Notes under the pieces: generated by a model | The model's database searches: none | What the model saw: the letters and a program-made list of their open reading frames with translations, nothing else | Told to the model about the DNA's origin: nothing | From: Tubulanus polymorphus | Lineage: Eukaryota; Animalia; Nemertea | Assembly (NCBI RefSeq): GCF_964204645.1 | Contig: NC_134025.1 | Coordinates: forward strand, 27,384,299 to 27,448,298 | Length of the DNA: 64,000 nucleotides | Reading direction: 5' to 3' | Translations under genes and position numbers: made by a program | In this document: piece by piece, positions 60,417 to 64,000 of the stretch | Layout: each line of letters opens with the position of its first letter | Numbering within the stretch: position 1 is the first letter of the stretch

Positions 60417-63400
60417 ATGGATCCCAAGGTCGTAGGCCGTTCCAAAATACAAATTTACAGAATTTTGCATGAAAATATGGGAAATGTCGATGAATATGTT
60501 TGTATTGTGAAAGTTGGTGACATTTATGGAGTTATATCATTCGAAGGGACATTTTTGCATCTTTGGATCGAGTCCGAGAATGGAACAGATTGGCAAAAAA
60601 TGGTATGAAGTTGAAAAACTTGACTAAAAGTTTAAAAGGCTATCAAGAAAGTTAAATCTCATTAGATATATAGTTTGTACAAGAACAGAAGCAATTTCCT
60701 TCTGCTCTGCCACCAGCTTCTTTCTTCTTTTTCTAAGGGAAGGCCTATGCTGGCACAGTAGAGCTCCTGTTTGTTCCGTTCCAGATACTTATGATAATGT
60801 ATTTTACAAATACATATCTTTCAGGTTGCTTTGAAATTTACAGATCCTGTTTTATCAATAACTAACGATGCCCGTATCATTTATACGCTATGCGCTAATA
60901 TGAGAATATACATGTCTAAATTAGAAGAGTTATTTTCCACAAAAATGTAAGTCATATCGGGTTTTAATTTGTTCAATGTGAAGAGAATGACGCAAACGAA
61001 GAAAGTTTGGATTGTTGGCCTCATTAAAACCAAGCAATTAAGCCAGAATTTTTAATTCATCTATTTCAATCATAATTAATTTCTGGTAAATGGTGTTTAT
61101 GGTTTCATTTGTATTTTCAGTGATAATCACCATTCAGAAACGGGCGATGTGTTTACATCTTTATTAGGACAAAGTGATTCTGAATTGAAGGATGTTTCCC
61201 TTCCTGTTTTACCTGTAGATGAAAGAGGCTCGGTGAATATTGGCAGTTTTTGTAGAAATGGTCATCTCATATTAGCGACTGGACATCATTTTGTTATCTA
61301 CGCTGAAGACAGAAGTTGTGCTGCTGTTCACCTTTTAAATCGATCTGATGTTGTTAAGATATCAAGTGATATCGTTCCCGTATATACCGTAATTTTAAAG
61401 ACCCATGATTTAGATGTGGTTAGTTCTGCCGTTGACAACAGTTCATCAACTCTCTCCTCTTCAAAAGCCATCCGGCCATTTTTATGTACTTTACACTGCG
61501 GATTGATTGAAAGTGCTGCAGAATCATTGCGAGAATGTTTTGTTGATAAATATCTCTTTAATTTCTGGTTTGGTTTAGATGCCAATTTAACGGATACCAC
61601 TGTTTTAGTCGTTGGATATCGGACTGGAGAAGTTCATTCAATACCACTGTATCCGAAAACACCAACTGGTAGTTCGGATGTTTCTTCAAAGATTATTTAT
61701 GATGCCAATGATTCGATTGTTGGAATGCACAGTTTGATTATTGATAAGAAAATTGATGACCAAGAGAATCCATTTCAACAATATCTGATAGAAAATAATC
61801 CTGAGAAATGTCAAGTGTTTGTTATTTTATCTACTGGTGGTGCCATTACATTCTTTTCCGTTCTGAGCAAGCAGCAAGAAATTCGAATTTCTAGTCATCA
61901 GTATTGCCCGATTTTATCATCTTGTGTTTGGCAAAATAGACTTTATCTGGCAACAAAATCAGGAGTTGCTGCTGTAAATGCAATAGTTGTGAAAGATGTC
62001 CAAATTATTGAATATGAGATGCACAGCTACCATCGAATTCATCATCTGTTCGTCAACGGTATGTGAGAGTGTCATTATTTCATTTTCGTTGAATTATTGT
62101 GATCAATTTCAAATCCTCGTGCATCTAATTTCCAGATAGATTGCTCGGCCTATCGCGTGGCAGAGAAATTATGCGAGTTAGAAAGAGTTCGTTGGAAGTG
62201 AAGCCGCGCAGATCTGGCGTCAATGCGATGAAAGATCTGTTGAACGATATACATTTAGTATCCCAAAAACTTCAGTTGACATCGCGTAACTGTGAGAAAT
62301 TGGACTCTGTGATCGCTGCGCTTCATTCACTGATTAATCTACATCTAAACGAAGATAGTCTGGAATTTTGCCAAACTTGTCGAACTGAAAATGGAATACT
62401 TTGTACGCAGTTCGTGAGACGCTCGAATTGTGGATCGAAAAATCGCTATTCTTTAGTAGTAGAAATTCACAATAACGGACTTATATCATTACCAACTGGG
62501 TTAATCTTCTCTGTTAATTTGGAGGCTAGTCGACGTGGACGAGAAGAAAGATATATTTTTTCGAAATGTGTTGCATTGCCGGAATTGTTAGCTGGAAAAT
62601 CACACGCAGTTGAATTCTATCTGACCGATCAGATCGTGGATAACATTCCATTAGTTGTCAAACCTGCTCTTATTCTTCCGGTATCAAATTTGCTGGAGGG
62701 GTTCTGCGGTATGTTCAGTATAAGCGGTCTGCCCAAAAGTATATCAGTTCAAATGGTAAAAATAAGAATAACTGTATTAGACTTTCTTAGTGAGATTTGT
62801 TCACATGTCGAACCAGTCATTACCGCTAAATCAGCTCTGTCTCGTATAAGATCTTGTGAAAATTCTTCAACTGATAAGATTATTTTATCTGAAACTGTAA
62901 AGATAGATACAGCCGATTTATTCTGTAAGTGTTGGTCAAATGAAATCCTTGGAACAGGTAGGTTACAATGAAGGTTTCATTCAGTATTGTGACGATAGAA
63001 TTTCATTTGAATTTTGCCCAGAATCGTGCTTCAATGTCAGTTCGGAATTTTGCAATACATTTAAAAATAAGCTTTGGAAGGCTCGATGTTCCTGATACTT
63101 AAATTTAATCCTTTCAATTAGGTGAAATATTTCCAGTCACCTATACTGTATTTGCATGTATGTTCATTTTCTGGTTGAAATTATCTTATTACAGAAGTCG
63201 GAATACTGAAATATTTGCTGACGGGGAGTGTCACTGGTATCAATCAACCAACTGTTCATCTACAGAATCCTGCAGGAGAAACAATAACGCTTTTCATTTC
63301 TAGCGATTCCGACTCCATCTACCAGTTATTACTGCAGACGTCGTCTCAGTCACTGTTGCACGAACTCAAGTTGTCCATCAACGGAAAATTAAAGGTACCG

Positions 63401-63770
63401 TACTTGAACGTATCGATACGATTATCATTAAACCCGAACGCAAACGATTACATTGATGAATACGTCAAGTGTTTGTTCTTTCTTTACAGCAAAAAGAACT
63501 TTTTAGCGCGAGGCACAAATTTTCGCAAGAATCAGTTCATGGTTTAGTTAAGAATCTCGAGGTAAATTTCGTATAATTCATCCGCGAGTTGATTAATCTA
63601 TTAGTTACACGTATATAGTTAAATGAATTGTTCGCATTTTATTGCAGAAAATCGAAAAGTTGTGCGGTTATAGCCATGAACTTCACGAGCACGAAGGAGA
63701 TTTAGCTCAAATCCAGAAAGTTGTCCTCGAGTATAAGAAACTACGCGTTCTCGGGGACACGTGGCGATAA
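60417..63770 (+). CDS. FAAP100: Fanconi anemia core complex-associated protein 100-like
   Basis: Exons 60417-60602, 60825-60946, 61121-62058, 62136-62957, 63195-63394, 63490-63561, 63648-63770 are phase-consistent. LFNFWFGLDANLTDTTVLVVGYRTGEV resembles human LFSLLFGADATLLQSPVVLCGLPDGQL; MKDLLNDIHLVS resembles IKELLSGIGNIS. The start codon is less certain. Confidence 0.8.
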
Positions 63771-64000
63771 TTAAAGATACAAATCGAAAAACTGAAAATC
63801 ACGATGCAATAATGTATCTATTCTTATTTGCATGTTTTTTATTACGACTTGAACGAATAAATTGGTTTTTGTTTATCATTTTATGAATTCGTTACATTTG
63901 AAATGTTTGGTTATTCTATGAACACGAATGCTGTGGAGAACGGAGAAATCGTCGTAGCAACAGGGACGGATGTAGAGCTTGGTTTCGGGGTCCGTATCAC

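Overview
AT-rich, gene-dense animal genomic DNA with short GT-AG introns (bilaterian invertebrate, plausibly spiralian; taxon is inference). Gene order: a 4-exon p75NTR/NRADD-like death-domain receptor without cysteine-rich domains (+), SETD2 (-), EIF1 (+, head-to-head with SETD2), LARP4/4B (+), CAMKMT (-), TRNT1 (+), three tandem SLC22 transporters (-), an unassigned 207-aa ORF (+) and FAAP100 (+). Non-coding features include three SNORA14-like H/ACA snoRNAs in SETD2 introns, a large nested RNA structure in EIF1 intron 1, several MITEs (one nested stack) and a (TA)39 microsatellite. The best leads are the short-ectodomain p75-like receptor tail-to-tail with SETD2 (the arrangement I recall for mammalian Nradd-Setd2), the unexplained EIF1 intron structure and the snoRNA triplet. 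Gene models, folds and homologies were derived by eye and from memory; no searches were run.
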